A stretch of DNA of 64,000 nt from Thermoanaerobaculia bacterium (GTDB lineage Bacteria; Acidobacteriota; Thermoanaerobaculia; Multivoradales; Multivoraceae). A program made the translations under genes and the position numbers. Below the pieces are notes generated by a model that was not told the origin of the DNA, did no database searches, and saw only the letters and a program-made list of their open reading frames with translations. Numbering within the stretch: the first letter of the stretch is position 1; every line of letters begins with the position of its first letter. Location of the stretch: assembly GCA_963664405.1 (NCBI GenBank), contig OY761158.1, forward strand, positions 3,104,001 through 3,168,000, read 5' to 3'. Shown here piece after piece: positions 26,008 to 35,947 of the stretch.

Positions 26008-27978
26008 ATGCGACAGCTTGTGCTCGAGACGATCGCCTGCGCTCTCGTGCCCGGGCTACTGGTCGCTCAGGAGGTCGCGCAAAGCGAGGTTCTCGACGTC
26101 GAGGTCGTCAATGTCGACGTGTATGCCACCGATAAGAGCGGGAACCCGGTCACCGATTTGGTTGCGAGTGACTTTCAGATCCTCGAAGACGGCAAGAAGG
26201 TCAACGTTGATTACTTCACCCACTTTCAGGAGGGAGCCGGAGTCGAAAGCAGAGCCGCCCTTTCGCCGAGAGAATCGCTTCCGGGCGCGGAACTCCCGCG
26301 GGTCGAGACGCTGCCCGCCTCCCGGGTGCAGCTCGTGGTCCTCGTCGACAACGAGAACAGCCGCCGAGGAGCCAAGGGACGTCTGCTCGAAGAGGTTGGA
26401 GATGTCCTTGCCGGCCGGCCAGCAAGCGTGATGGTGACCACCTACGAGGGCGGGCGCCTCGAGGTCGTTCAGCCCTTCACCGAAGATGAGGCGGTTTGGA
26501 CCGCGGCGCTCGATGCTGTCAACGTTGCAGGAGGCCGGCAGGCCATGCAGGGCATGGAGCGCAGAGCGATGATCGACGAGATCGAGCCGATCATCGCCGG
26601 GCTGGCGGCGGGTGGTAGTAACAGCGCCGGGTCCGCGGGCCAGCTCAAGATGCTCACTGCGACCGTTCGGATGCACGCCCAGGAGACCCACAACTACGGC
26701 CGCCGAACACTGAGCGCGATCGAGGGTCTGGTGGTGGCCCTCGGTGCGGTCCCTGAGCGGAAGTCGGTGCTCTACGTCGGCGACGGATTTCCGCTGATGC
26801 CGGGTCTGGAGCTCTACAACCTGGTGGCAAACGCTTTTGGGAATGACCCGCGCCTTCGCCCGACCGGGGTCAGCGATGTGAGCTCGTCCGGCTTCGGCGG
26901 CGGCTCCAGTGGTGGCTCCGGGTCGAGCGGTGGCGGTGGCGGAGGGGGGTCGGCTGGAGGCGGAGGCGGCGGTGGCGGCGGGAGTAGCGGTGGTGGCGGC
27001 GGCGGTGACGCTGGCGGCAGTAGCGGTGGCAGTGGTGGTGGAGGAGGATCGACGGGGGGAGGCGGGACCGGTAACTCTTTCGGGAGCAGCAGCTCCAGCG
27101 GTAGCACCAGTCTGGCTTCCTTTCTGATGGAGGCGCAGCGTTTCGATCTGTCTGCCCAGGTCCGCCAGCTGACGGCGAAGGCCAACACTTCGCGGGTAAG
27201 TTTCTACGCGGCTTCCAGCGTCCGTATCGAGTCGGGGGTGGACGCGCAGCTGCGTTTCGGATCCGCAGAGCTCCCTGGCTTCTACGCCAACTTCCGGACG
27301 AACCGCGAGAACACGCTTCACCAGATGTCCGACGAGACGGCTGGTCGATTGATGAGCTCGGGAGGAGATGTCGAAGGCCTCGTCGACGATCTCTTCCGCG
27401 ACCGCGGCAGCTACTACTTTCTCGGCTACGACCCGCCGCAGCGCAAGGCGAAGAAGAAGCGGAGCCCGTTCCACCGCATCAAGGTGAAGGTCAAGCGCAA
27501 AGGCGTGAGGCTCCGTCACCGCCAGGGCTACGTCGAGCGCGAAGTGGGTACTGGGATCGGGGAGCTCCTGGTCGCCAGTCTGGTGCTGGGCTACGAGGAC
27601 AACCCTCATGATCTCGAGCTCGACGTCATCCCCGGTCATGCGAGTGCGCGCTCTCTGCACATCATCATTCCGATTGACTCGATGGTGCTCGAAGCGGGAT
27701 CTGACGGAGTGCACAGAGCGAAGCTGGAGCTGTCGATCCTCGGTCAGACCGACGACTCTCACTTCACTACACTGCAGCAGGTCCCGCTGATCGTCGAGGT
27801 CGCCTCAGATCTCCTTGAGCGGGCATCCGGCCAGCTCTACCAGGCGGCGATGCCGCTGCCCGACGAAGGAGCGCCGGCCAAGATCGCGATGAGCTTGTGG
27901 GAGGCGGCGGCGGGGCGAAGGTCGCTGGTCAATATCGATATCGCGAAGGAGGGGGAAGGGATCGGCGCTCAGAGATAG
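26008..27978 (+). CDS. Acidobacterial-type VWA domain protein with a Gly/Ser-rich insertion
   Basis: VNVDVYATDKSGNPVTDL...DFQILEDGK; RKSVLYVGDG; YYFLGY; HRIKVKV...LRHRQGY. Confidence 0.82.
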   Translation: MRQLVLETIACALVPGLLVAQEVAQSEVLDVEVVNVDVYATDKSGNPVTDLVASDFQILEDGKKVNVDYFTHFQEGAGVESRAALSPRESLPGAELPRVETLPASRVQLVVLVDNENSRRGAKGRLLEEVGDVLAGRPASVMVTTYEGGRLEVVQPFTEDEAVWTAALDAVNVAGGRQAMQGMERRAMIDEIEPIIAGLAAGGSNSAGSAGQLKMLTATVRMHAQETHNYGRRTLSAIEGLVVALGAVPERKSVLYVGDGFPLMPGLELYNLVANAFGNDPRLRPTGVSDVSSSGFGGGSSGGSGSSGGGGGGGSAGGGGGGGGGSSGGGGGGDAGGSSGGSGGGGGSTGGGGTGNSFGSSSSSGSTSLASFLMEAQRFDLSAQVRQLTAKANTSRVSFYAASSVRIESGVDAQLRFGSAELPGFYANFRTNRENTLHQMSDETAGRLMSSGGDVEGLVDDLFRDRGSYYFLGYDPPQRKAKKKRSPFHRIKVKVKRKGVRLRHRQGYVEREVGTGIGELLVASLVLGYEDNPHDLELDVIPGHASARSLHIIIPIDSMVLEAGSDGVHRAKLELSILGQTDDSHFTTLQQVPLIVEVASDLLERASGQLYQAAMPLPDEGAPAKIAMSLWEAAAGRRSLVNIDIAKEGEGIGAQR

Positions 27979-27990
27979 AATTGGTCGCTG

Positions 27991-28968
27991 ATGAGCTGGA
28001 CACGGATGCTGACCGAGCAGGTCACGGCACCGGTCGCTTGGCGGGCCGAGACCCTGCTGTCGAACGAGGGCCTGACGTCGATCGATTCCGCCTGCGTCGA
28101 CGAGATCGGAGCGGCTGCCGAGATTCTCCGCGCCAACCCTTTGGAAGTGACGGCGCTGGTGCCCGACGACTTCGACATGCCCGCCTGCCGCCGCATGATG
28201 GCTGCGGTCAGGCGCGAGCTCGACGAGGGCGTCGGGTTCGCCATTCTCGACCGCTTACCGCTGCAGGAGCTCGGAAGAGACGAGAGCATCGGCGTCTACT
28301 GGCTGCTCGTCTCCATGCTCGGACGAACCGTGGCGCAGAAGTGGAACGGGCTTCTGCTCTACGACGTTACCGACACCGGCGAGAAGGATGTCGTCGGCCG
28401 TAGTGTTCGCGGCTCGAAGACCAACGGAGGTCAGGGCTTCCACACCGACAACTCGTACAACCTGCCGCCGGAGTACGTCTCCCTACTCTGTCTGGAAACC
28501 GCGATGCGGGGTGGCGTTAGCGGTCTGGTCAGCTTCTATACGGCGCACAACGAGCTTCTCGCTCGTGATCCCGATCTGCTGGCGCGACTTTACGAGCCCT
28601 TCTATTTCGAGCGCTACGGTGAGTTCGGGCCGGGGGAAAGCTCGATCTCGGAAAAACCCATCTTCAGCTTCGACGGCGGGCGCCTCGACGTGAGCCTGGC
28701 CACGGGGCGAGTGCGGGCGGGTTACGAGGTCGCCGGAGTCGAGATGGACGAGCGAGCCCGAAACGCGCTCGCGGCGCTCGACGAAGTGCTCGAGCTCCCC
28801 TCGTTGGGCAAGACCTTCGACTTCGAGCGCGGCCAGATCCAGGTCGTCAACAACCGCAAGCTCGGTCATCGGCGGACCGCCTTCGAGGACTGGCCCGAGG
28901 GCGAGCGTAAGCGACATCTGGTCCGCATCTGGGTGCGCAACGAGGGTCGGAGGTTCTATTCGGGCTGA
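27991..28968 (+). CDS. TauD/TfdA family Fe(II)/2-oxoglutarate dioxygenase
   Basis: FHTD (HxD), NNRKLGHRRTAF, RHLVRIW. Confidence 0.85.
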   Translation: MSWTRMLTEQVTAPVAWRAETLLSNEGLTSIDSACVDEIGAAAEILRANPLEVTALVPDDFDMPACRRMMAAVRRELDEGVGFAILDRLPLQELGRDESIGVYWLLVSMLGRTVAQKWNGLLLYDVTDTGEKDVVGRSVRGSKTNGGQGFHTDNSYNLPPEYVSLLCLETAMRGGVSGLVSFYTAHNELLARDPDLLARLYEPFYFERYGEFGPGESSISEKPIFSFDGGRLDVSLATGRVRAGYEVAGVEMDERARNALAALDEVLELPSLGKTFDFERGQIQVVNNRKLGHRRTAFEDWPEGERKRHLVRIWVRNEGRRFYSG

Positions 28969-28985
28969 ACCTGAGTAGCTCGTGA

Positions 28986-29408
28986 ATGAGCCTTTCACCA
29001 GACCTTCGCATTCTGATTCGTTCCCTCTCCAGGAGCTCGCTCTTTACGCTACTCGTCGTCCTCACCCTCGGTATCGGAGTCGGTGCCGTGACAGCGACCG
29101 TATGGTCAGGTCGCGAAGCCACGAAACTGCGGTGCGCATGGCCTTGGGCGCAAGCCCTGGCGGGGTGGTCAGACGCACGCTACTCGACATCGGTAAGCCG
29201 GTGGGCCTCGGAGTTGCCATCGGTCTAGCTGCGGCAGTCGCCGCTACCCGTGTCCTCAGCGCGATGCTTTTTTGGAGTAGAGCTTCTCGACCCATTCGCA
29301 TTCGTATCCGCTGCCCTGGTGATGGCGGGCGCGGCCTTCGCCGCCGCCATTGGGCCCTCACTTCGGGCAGGTCGGATCGACCCGATGGTTCTTCTTCGTG
29401 ATGAGTGA
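28986..29408 (+). pseudogene. ADOP-type ABC permease remnant with a large internal deletion and frameshifts
   Basis: N-terminus DLRILIRSLSRS..FT..VLTLGIGVGA joined out of frame to C-terminus AVRMALGA...LF/GV..DP...RAGRIDPMVLLRDE*. Confidence 0.78.
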
Positions 29409-29442
29409 TCCTGCGCCATCGACTTCTTAGTAAACTGTTGCG

Positions 29443-30312
29443 ATGAAATTCGGACTTCGCTACTGCAACACCGGTCGCTATGTGAATCCGTCTCGAGCGG
29501 TCGAATTGGTGCAGGCTGGCGAGGAGGCCGGCTTCGAATCAGCCTGGACGGTCGAGCACACGGTGGTGCCCGAGGGGTACGAATCGGCGTATCCCTACTC
29601 GCCGGACGGCAAGATGGCGGGAGGCATGTGCGACTTTCCGCTTCCCGACCCCTTGATCTGGATGGCCTTCGTGGCCAACGCGACCTCTCGGATCAAGCTG
29701 GCGACCGGCATCCTCATCCTGCCGCAGCATAATCCCGTGATTACCGCCAAGCAGGTCGCTACTTTGGACCAGCTTTCCGGGGGAAGGGTGTTGCTCGGCA
29801 TCGGGGTTGGTTGGCTCGAAGAAGAGTTCGCCGCTCTGGGGGCTCCGTTTCGCGATCGGGGGCGGCGAACCGATGAGTACGTGGCCGCGATGCGCGAGCT
29901 CTGGTCGGCGGAGAGGCCGACTTTCCACGGCGACTTCGTTCACTTCGACGGCGCCTATTGCCGCCCACAGCCGATCAATGGCTCCGTCCCGATCATTGTC
30001 GGCGGTCACTCGAAGGCGGCGGCGAGGCGCGCCGGCCGGCTGGGCGACGGCTTCTTTCCGGCCCGGGGTCTTTCCGGCGAGCTGGTCGATCTGATGCGGC
30101 GGACTGCCGAGGAGAGCGGTCGCGACCCGGGAGAGGTCGAGATTACGGCGAGCCTTCCTGACGACCTCGACGAGATTCCCCGACTCGCTAAGCTGGGTGT
30201 CACTCGATTGCTGGTACCTGTAACGCCGATGGCGGGGCTGGCTGTTGCGATCAAGGACTCGGAGGGCGCCCTACAGTGGCGAGAGAAGATCGAAAGGTAC
30301 GCCGAGGTCTGA
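29443..30312 (+). CDS. LLM class F420-dependent oxidoreductase
   Basis: GFESAWTVEHTVVP, LATGILILPQHNP, SGGRVLLGIGVGWLEEEF. Confidence 0.88.
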   Translation: MKFGLRYCNTGRYVNPSRAVELVQAGEEAGFESAWTVEHTVVPEGYESAYPYSPDGKMAGGMCDFPLPDPLIWMAFVANATSRIKLATGILILPQHNPVITAKQVATLDQLSGGRVLLGIGVGWLEEEFAALGAPFRDRGRRTDEYVAAMRELWSAERPTFHGDFVHFDGAYCRPQPINGSVPIIVGGHSKAAARRAGRLGDGFFPARGLSGELVDLMRRTAEESGRDPGEVEITASLPDDLDEIPRLAKLGVTRLLVPVTPMAGLAVAIKDSEGALQWREKIERYAEV

Positions 30313-30341
30313 ATGAGTCTGGCAGGTATCCCAGGAGGTGG

Positions 30342-31613
30342 ATGTTGAGCTATGTAGAGCGAGGTGTCCTTTTCGTGTCGACTGTCGTGATGGTGCTTCA
30401 GCTCTCGACGATAACGGCCAGGGCCGCGGAGCCGGACGCCGCCGATTGGCCGCACTGGGGCGGTCCGGAGCGGAGCTTCAAGACCGACTCCACGGGTCTC
30501 CTGGACTCGTGGCCGGAGGGTGGGCCGCCTCGTCTCTGGAGTCGACCGCTGGGTGAAGGCTACTCGGCCATCGTGGAGCGCGGCGGAGTGCTCTACACCC
30601 TCTATCGCCAGGAGGAGCGCGAGATCGTGATCGCCCTCTCGGCGGCGACGGGTGAGACCCAATGGGAGTTTGGCTACGACTCACCCACAGAGGGCTACCG
30701 TTTCGACCGCGGTGCGGGTCCTCACGCGACGCCGGCCATCGCCGGAGATCGACTCTTCACTGTCGGCTCGACGACGGTGCTCAACGCTCTCTCCCGTGCT
30801 GACGGGTCACGTCTCTGGTCGCACGATCTCACCGCCGACTTCGACAGTAGCTTCCGGCACCGTGGCTATGCCACCAGCCCGCTGGTCTACGACGATCTCG
30901 TGTTGGTTCCGGTCGGTGGCAAGGGACGGACCCTGGTCGCCTTTCGCCAGCAGGACGGTAGCGAAGTCTGGCGCGGGGGAGACGAAGACATCGCTTACGC
31001 GTCGCCTACCTTGATCGAGGTCGAAGGCCAGGAGCAACTGGTGGCTTTCGTTTCTGACAACATCGTCGGCTTGGATCCGGAGAACGGAAGGCAGCTCTGG
31101 AAGCACGCCCATCCGACCAAGAGCGCTTTCAGTATCTCGACTCCTCTGTACTCCGAGGAGGCTGGGGTTCTCTTTCTGTCGTCGGCCTACGATGGCGGAG
31201 GGAGAGGGCTGAAGCTCCACCGTGACGGCGTCGCGACTCGGGTTGAAGAGCTGTGGTTCAGCAATCAGGTGCGTGTCCACTTCGGCACCGCGATCCTGGT
31301 CGGCGATACGGTCTACGCCGCCAGTGGCGACTTCGGTCCGGCGCCGATGGCCGCGGTCGACCTCAGCTCCGGCGAGGTGCTTTGGAGAGACCGAGCCTTC
31401 GCCAAGCACTCCGCCGTTTACGCCGATGGCAAGCTGATCTTGCTCGACGAAGACGGAGTGCTCGGCTTGGCCACCGTGACGCGCGAAGGGCTCGAGGTCC
31501 TGTCGCGAGCACAGGTCTTCGATAGCCTGGCGTGGACGGTGCCGACCCTGGTCGGAACCAGACTCTACTTGCGCAATCGCGAAGAGATCGTCGCTCTTGA
31601 ACTGGGTGAGTAG
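30342..31613 (+). CDS. PQQ-binding-like beta-propeller protein, secreted
   Basis: DWPHWGGP, GPPRLWSRPLGEGYS, repeated TG..W blades, LYLRN. Confidence 0.85.
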   Translation: MLSYVERGVLFVSTVVMVLQLSTITARAAEPDAADWPHWGGPERSFKTDSTGLLDSWPEGGPPRLWSRPLGEGYSAIVERGGVLYTLYRQEEREIVIALSAATGETQWEFGYDSPTEGYRFDRGAGPHATPAIAGDRLFTVGSTTVLNALSRADGSRLWSHDLTADFDSSFRHRGYATSPLVYDDLVLVPVGGKGRTLVAFRQQDGSEVWRGGDEDIAYASPTLIEVEGQEQLVAFVSDNIVGLDPENGRQLWKHAHPTKSAFSISTPLYSEEAGVLFLSSAYDGGGRGLKLHRDGVATRVEELWFSNQVRVHFGTAILVGDTVYAASGDFGPAPMAAVDLSSGEVLWRDRAFAKHSAVYADGKLILLDEDGVLGLATVTREGLEVLSRAQVFDSLAWTVPTLVGTRLYLRNREEIVALELGE

Positions 31614-31635
31614 CTGCCTGCCGGCTTAGCCGTGG

Positions 31636-31917
31636 CTACCGATTGAGCAGACCCTCGAGAATCGGGCCGATCTCCTCGTCGTTGATGATGGTGTGGACTT
31701 CCCAGTCGATGAACTCCGACCACGCGCCGGTCCAGGTTTGAATGACCGAGGCGTCATCGGCCTCGACGACGATCCAGGCCTTCTTCGAGGCGATGTCGTG
31801 CCAGCGGCTGATCATGGTGACGCCTTCAGGCGCATCCGCGTCTTCGCCGCTGGCGAACTTCGCTCCGACCTTGTCCAGGGTTGTTCGCTTCCAGTCCACT
31901 ACCAGCATCAATCTCAT
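31636..31917 (-). CDS. Small DUF3303-like protein
   Basis: RBS GGAGG; PEGVTMISRWH...VEADD...W..W. Confidence 0.65.
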   Translation of the reverse strand: MRLMLVVDWKRTTLDKVGAKFASGEDADAPEGVTMISRWHDIASKKAWIVVEADDASVIQTWTGAWSEFIDWEVHTIINDEEIGPILEGLLNR

Positions 31918-31964
31918 GGTTACATCCTCCCTTGTTGAGAGCCGGACTCTACACGATGGGCGAC

Positions 31965-33185
31965 TCAGAAATCGAGTCGGCGCATCTGTGTTTCCACAAC
32001 GCCCTTGGTCGCTCCCAGCAGAGCGAGCTCGCCGCTGTCGAGCATGGCACTCATCGCCCAGCTAGGCAGATCGTCAGCGACGACCCGCCAGCTCTCCCCT
32101 TCCGCGACGAGCACCTTCCCGGTCGGCCGACCTGGCACCAGGATCATCGTCTCCTTGCTTCCTACGACCGGTCTTGGAGGGCGGTCGATCGACCAGTCGT
32201 CGCTGTCTTCGAGTAGAACCTGGAAGACTCCGCCACTGGCCGATGCTGCGAGCAGCCGCCGATGTCCGCTCGAGGCTTCGCCCCAGATCGTAGTATCGCC
32301 GACGTTTGCGGGACCGAAGGTCGGGCAGCCGCGCAGCTCCCACATCGGCGGTCCCAGCCGAGCGGGCGCGCCGAAGGCGCCGCCGAGATCACCGACGACG
32401 CGGAAAATGTCCCGGTAGCCGTCTTCGGTGTTGCGAAAGGCGATGACTACCGACTCACTCCGCACCTCGACGTCGATGCGGCAGCAGCCACAGATCGAGT
32501 CGGTCTGATCCGCGGTGAGATTCTGCTCGATGGCGATGCCATCCTCGAGCCGCGCATACATCAGCTCGGCGGGCTCCTCTCTGCCTTTCGGGGCGTAACG
32601 CCCGTCGATCCAGGCGGCGTGCAGAACGCCTCGGTCATCGACATCGGTGCCGACGAAGCCTCGGTAGATACCCTCGCCCTCATCGGAGTTCCGCTTCACC
32701 GACGGCTCGAAGCTGCTCCCGCTATCGCGACTGATCGCTGCCCGGACCTCCCGATCTCGAGTGATCCAGGCAATCCCGACCACGTCGCCGGCCAATCCCA
32801 CCTCGGCCCGTGTCTCGTCGAGGTCGACATTCAAGACAGAGTCGGTCTCGTCGTTGATCCGCACCGGCCGGCCGAATGCTCGGCTCGGACCACGGCGTGA
32901 GAGGAAGAGGTTCGAGCCGCCGGCGCCCGGTTCCCACCAGACGACGTAGACAGTGTCGTCGTCGGCGAAGGCGAACTGGGGCTGATGGACATCGCGCTCG
33001 CGAAGGAAGGCGAGGCTTTCCATTGGCCCGTAGGTGGGGGCCGGGGAATCGTGTTCAGGCGCGGAGCACCCAACCTGGAGACCACCGAGTAGGCCGCAGA
33101 AAATGAGCCCAGCAAGCGGTTTGTGGGCCCTTCCTCTCACTGCCCCAGGCTCTTTGATCGTAAACATCGTGGTTGTTCTCGTCAT
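31965..33185 (-). CDS. BNR/sialidase-like propeller lipoprotein
   Basis: Lipobox LQVGC; SRDSGSSF Asp-box; ICGCCRI and WELRGCP motifs; start uncertain. Confidence 0.6.
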   Translation of the reverse strand: MTRTTTMFTIKEPGAVRGRAHKPLAGLIFCGLLGGLQVGCSAPEHDSPAPTYGPMESLAFLRERDVHQPQFAFADDDTVYVVWWEPGAGGSNLFLSRRGPSRAFGRPVRINDETDSVLNVDLDETRAEVGLAGDVVGIAWITRDREVRAAISRDSGSSFEPSVKRNSDEGEGIYRGFVGTDVDDRGVLHAAWIDGRYAPKGREEPAELMYARLEDGIAIEQNLTADQTDSICGCCRIDVEVRSESVVIAFRNTEDGYRDIFRVVGDLGGAFGAPARLGPPMWELRGCPTFGPANVGDTTIWGEASSGHRRLLAASASGGVFQVLLEDSDDWSIDRPPRPVVGSKETMILVPGRPTGKVLVAEGESWRVVADDLPSWAMSAMLDSGELALLGATKGVVETQMRRLDF

Positions 33186-33252
33186 CGAAGGCCCTTCGAG
33201 CCCCGCCTATAGAGGTATCATATTGAGACCCTTTTTTATGTACACAAGTGTG

Positions 33253-33281
33253 TTGACACTGGGCGGAAAGACCGCTATTCT
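33253..33281 (+). promoter_or_regulatory. Sigma70-like promoter for the TA operon
   Basis: TTGACA-17 bp-TATTCT ending 8 nt before the ATG at 33290; no SD, suggesting a leaderless mRNA. Confidence 0.65.
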
Positions 33282-33289
33282 AACGGGCC

Positions 33290-33556
33290 ATGCGAGTCGC
33301 TGGAGTGAGAGAGTTCCGTGCTCATATGGCTGACCTCCTCGGGGGCGATGAGCCTCTCCTGGTTACCCGCCATGGCAAGGTGTCTGGCGTCTATCTGCCG
33401 CTCGAGGAGGCTGATCGGATCCCTCTAGACCTGCGCCTCGAGCTTTCCGCCGTGCTCGGGCGCCATCTGGATCGTCTACTCGTCTCAGCCGGCGTCGACG
33501 ACGCTGAGATCCAGGCGGATTTCGATGCCCATCGCCGCAGTCGTCGCGGACGCTAA
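33290..33556 (+). CDS. Phd/YefM-like antitoxin
   Basis: MRVAGVREFR...EPLLVTRHGK. Confidence 0.75.
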   Translation: MRVAGVREFRAHMADLLGGDEPLLVTRHGKVSGVYLPLEEADRIPLDLRLELSAVLGRHLDRLLVSAGVDDAEIQADFDAHRRSRRGR

Positions 33557-33947
33557 CGTTCTTCTCTCGGCGGTGCTGGGCGGAGCCGCGTCGAGGGTGA
33601 TCCTCCAGCACGGCGTAGTGGCCCACGTGACCGGCTTCAACGAGGCCGAGGTCGGGGAGTACCTGCCGCGGCTCTGCCGGAAGTTCGATCTTCCTGAGCA
33701 CCTGGTGGCTCTTCAGTGGCAGCTGCTACCTCGGGTCTCTCATGCGGTCGGCGACTATGAAGCTCATCTCGGTTGGGCCGATGAGCGTGTCGGGCTGCGC
33801 GATCCCGATGATGTCCATCCGCTGGCTCTGGCACGAGCTCTGGGGCTCGCTCTGTGGTCGAACGACCGAGACCTGGAAGGACATGGCCTCGCCTGTTATC
33901 CAACCGCGGTACTTCTCGCGCTTCTGGAGAGTGACAGCCGATCATGA
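33525..33947 (+). CDS. PIN domain (VapC-like) toxin
   Basis: VVADANVLLS, RDPDDVHPLALA, WSNDRD acidic PIN motifs; overlaps the antitoxin. Confidence 0.85.
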   Translation: MPIAAVVADANVLLSAVLGGAASRVILQHGVVAHVTGFNEAEVGEYLPRLCRKFDLPEHLVALQWQLLPRVSHAVGDYEAHLGWADERVGLRDPDDVHPLALARALGLALWSNDRDLEGHGLACYPTAVLLALLESDSRS

Positions 33948-35896
33948 GGCGAGCCTCTTTTGGGGCGCGACCGCTGACCCTGTTGCGGGATGCGGGCGCC
34001 TCGTCGCCACACGGAGCGGATGGAGCCCGCGACGCAGCTCGTGGCTGGCTCTCGTTCGAGGATCCGGTGGAGTCCCTTTCGGCTTGGACTCTGGCCGAGG
34101 TCGAGCCTGTTCTCGCCGCGGTGGAGCGGGGTCTCGATCGCGGCCTCACGGCCGTCGGCATGGTCTGCTACGAGGCGGCACCCGCCTTTGACGAGGCTAT
34201 GATCGCTCGTTCCCTCGACCAGATCCCCTATATGTGGTGGGGGCTCTATCGCGGTGCGACTCCAGTGCCGCGGTCGGCCTTTCGAGCTCTTCTCGAGGGT
34301 GAGCTGGCCGAGCCGGGCGCGACCGACTCCGAGGCCTCGGCGACCGCCGATGGTGATTCCTGGCGCCCTCAGATCGAGCGCGCCAACTACGACCTTTCGG
34401 TGGAGAGGGTTCGAAGTGGTATCGCGAGAGGCGACTTCTACCAGGTGAATCTCACTTTCCCCATCGAGGGGAGGGCTGTCGGCGAGCCGGGTGATGTCAG
34501 GAACGGATCGGTGCTCAGCCTGCTGGGTCGGCTGACGGCAGCACAGGGGCCGACCCTCGGGGCGTTTCTCGATGGCCGGGTGAGCGGCGCTGAGTGGCAG
34601 GTCGTCAGTGCTTCCCCTGAGCTCTTCTTTCGCCTCGACGGCGATCGAATCGAGACTCGTCCGATGAAGGGCACAGCGGCGCGCGGCAGGTGGCTCGAAG
34701 AAGATCTATCGCGCTCTCGCGCGTTGCGCGGAAGCGAGAAGGACCGCGCCGAGAACCTGATGATCGTCGACATGATGCGCAACGATCTCGGTCGCATCGC
34801 TCGCCCCGGCTCGGTCGAGGTCGCCCGCCTGTTCGAGGTCGAGACCTATCCGACGCTCCACCAGTTGACTTCGACGGTCACCGCTCGTACCGGCGCTTCG
34901 CTCTCCGAGCTCCTTCGTGCCCTCTTTCCCGCCGCGTCGATCACCGGAGCGCCAAAACTTGCCGCCATGGAAGCGATCCGTGAGCTCGAGGGCCATCCTC
35001 GGGGCCCCTATACCGGGACCATCGGCTTCATCACTCCGGAGCGGCGAGCGCAGTTCAATGTTGCGATTCGAACCGCCTGGCGCGAGACTCGCGAGCACCC
35101 CTTTCGCTACGGGGTCGGTGGCGGCATCGTCTGGGACTCCCGCCCGGCCGACGAGTACCGAGAGTGTCAGACCAAGGCTCTGGTGCTGGCGCAAGAAGTC
35201 CGCAAGCACGATCTACTCGAGTCGCTGCTTTGGATGCGTCAGGGTGGTTATCGCTTCCTCACGGATCATCTCGAGCGATTGCGCTGCTCGGCACGCTATT
35301 TCGACTATCGCTATGACGAAGGCAGGGTTCGGCTCGCTCTGGTCGCCCAGGCCCGAGAGTTGGAAGCTGCCTGGTGGCGGAGCGAGGGCCCCGACAGCGC
35401 TAAGGTGCGCTTGCTTCTCAGCCCCGAGGGTGAAGTCGCGACCGAGAGTGAGCCCGTCCTTTCCGCCGAGAATGGATCGAATGCTGGGGGTCGGCCCTTG
35501 GTGAAGTTGGTGCTCGATTCTTCGCCGGTCGACTCGACGAGCAAGTGGCTCTTTCATAAAACCACTCATCGTCGCGTCTACGAAGAAGCGCTCGCCCGAG
35601 CTCGGACCGACTTCCCGGATTGCGACGACGTTCTATTGATGAACGAAAGGGGCGAGCTGACCGAGTCGACGCGTTCGAATGTCCTCGTACTCCTCGATTC
35701 GAAGTGGCTCACGCCGCCGATCTCGAGTGGCCTGCTGGCGGGCGTATTCCGTAAGCGTCTGCTCCTGAAAGGGTGGCTCAACGAGAGCGTCCTCACCGTC
35801 GCGGACTTCCATCGCGCCGAAAGAGTGCTGCTCGTCAACTCGGTGAGGGGCTTCATGGAAGTCGACCTGTGCGGCTGGCCAAAGCCGGGTTGCTAA
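33944..35896 (+). CDS. pabB: Aminodeoxychorismate synthase component I fused to ADC lyase (PabB-PabC)
   Basis: GDFYQVN, SPELFF, RPMKGT, AENLMIVDMMRNDLG; C-terminal HKTTHR, NERGELTE, GLLAGV class IV aminotransferase domain. Confidence 0.9.
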   Translation: MRRASFGARPLTLLRDAGASSPHGADGARDAARGWLSFEDPVESLSAWTLAEVEPVLAAVERGLDRGLTAVGMVCYEAAPAFDEAMIARSLDQIPYMWWGLYRGATPVPRSAFRALLEGELAEPGATDSEASATADGDSWRPQIERANYDLSVERVRSGIARGDFYQVNLTFPIEGRAVGEPGDVRNGSVLSLLGRLTAAQGPTLGAFLDGRVSGAEWQVVSASPELFFRLDGDRIETRPMKGTAARGRWLEEDLSRSRALRGSEKDRAENLMIVDMMRNDLGRIARPGSVEVARLFEVETYPTLHQLTSTVTARTGASLSELLRALFPAASITGAPKLAAMEAIRELEGHPRGPYTGTIGFITPERRAQFNVAIRTAWRETREHPFRYGVGGGIVWDSRPADEYRECQTKALVLAQEVRKHDLLESLLWMRQGGYRFLTDHLERLRCSARYFDYRYDEGRVRLALVAQARELEAAWWRSEGPDSAKVRLLLSPEGEVATESEPVLSAENGSNAGGRPLVKLVLDSSPVDSTSKWLFHKTTHRRVYEEALARARTDFPDCDDVLLMNERGELTESTRSNVLVLLDSKWLTPPISSGLLAGVFRKRLLLKGWLNESVLTVADFHRAERVLLVNSVRGFMEVDLCGWPKPGC

Positions 35897-35947
35897 GATG
35901 CATCCGACCCGAAGAGCAAGCTGATCGCCGGACCCGGAGGACCCCCG

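Noticed and set aside
26056-27762. Long antisense ORFs (also 39128-41209, 47872-49854, 10170-11594, 63110-63982 and others)
   Set aside because: Shadow frames of well-supported genes in high-GC DNA, with no recognisable motifs
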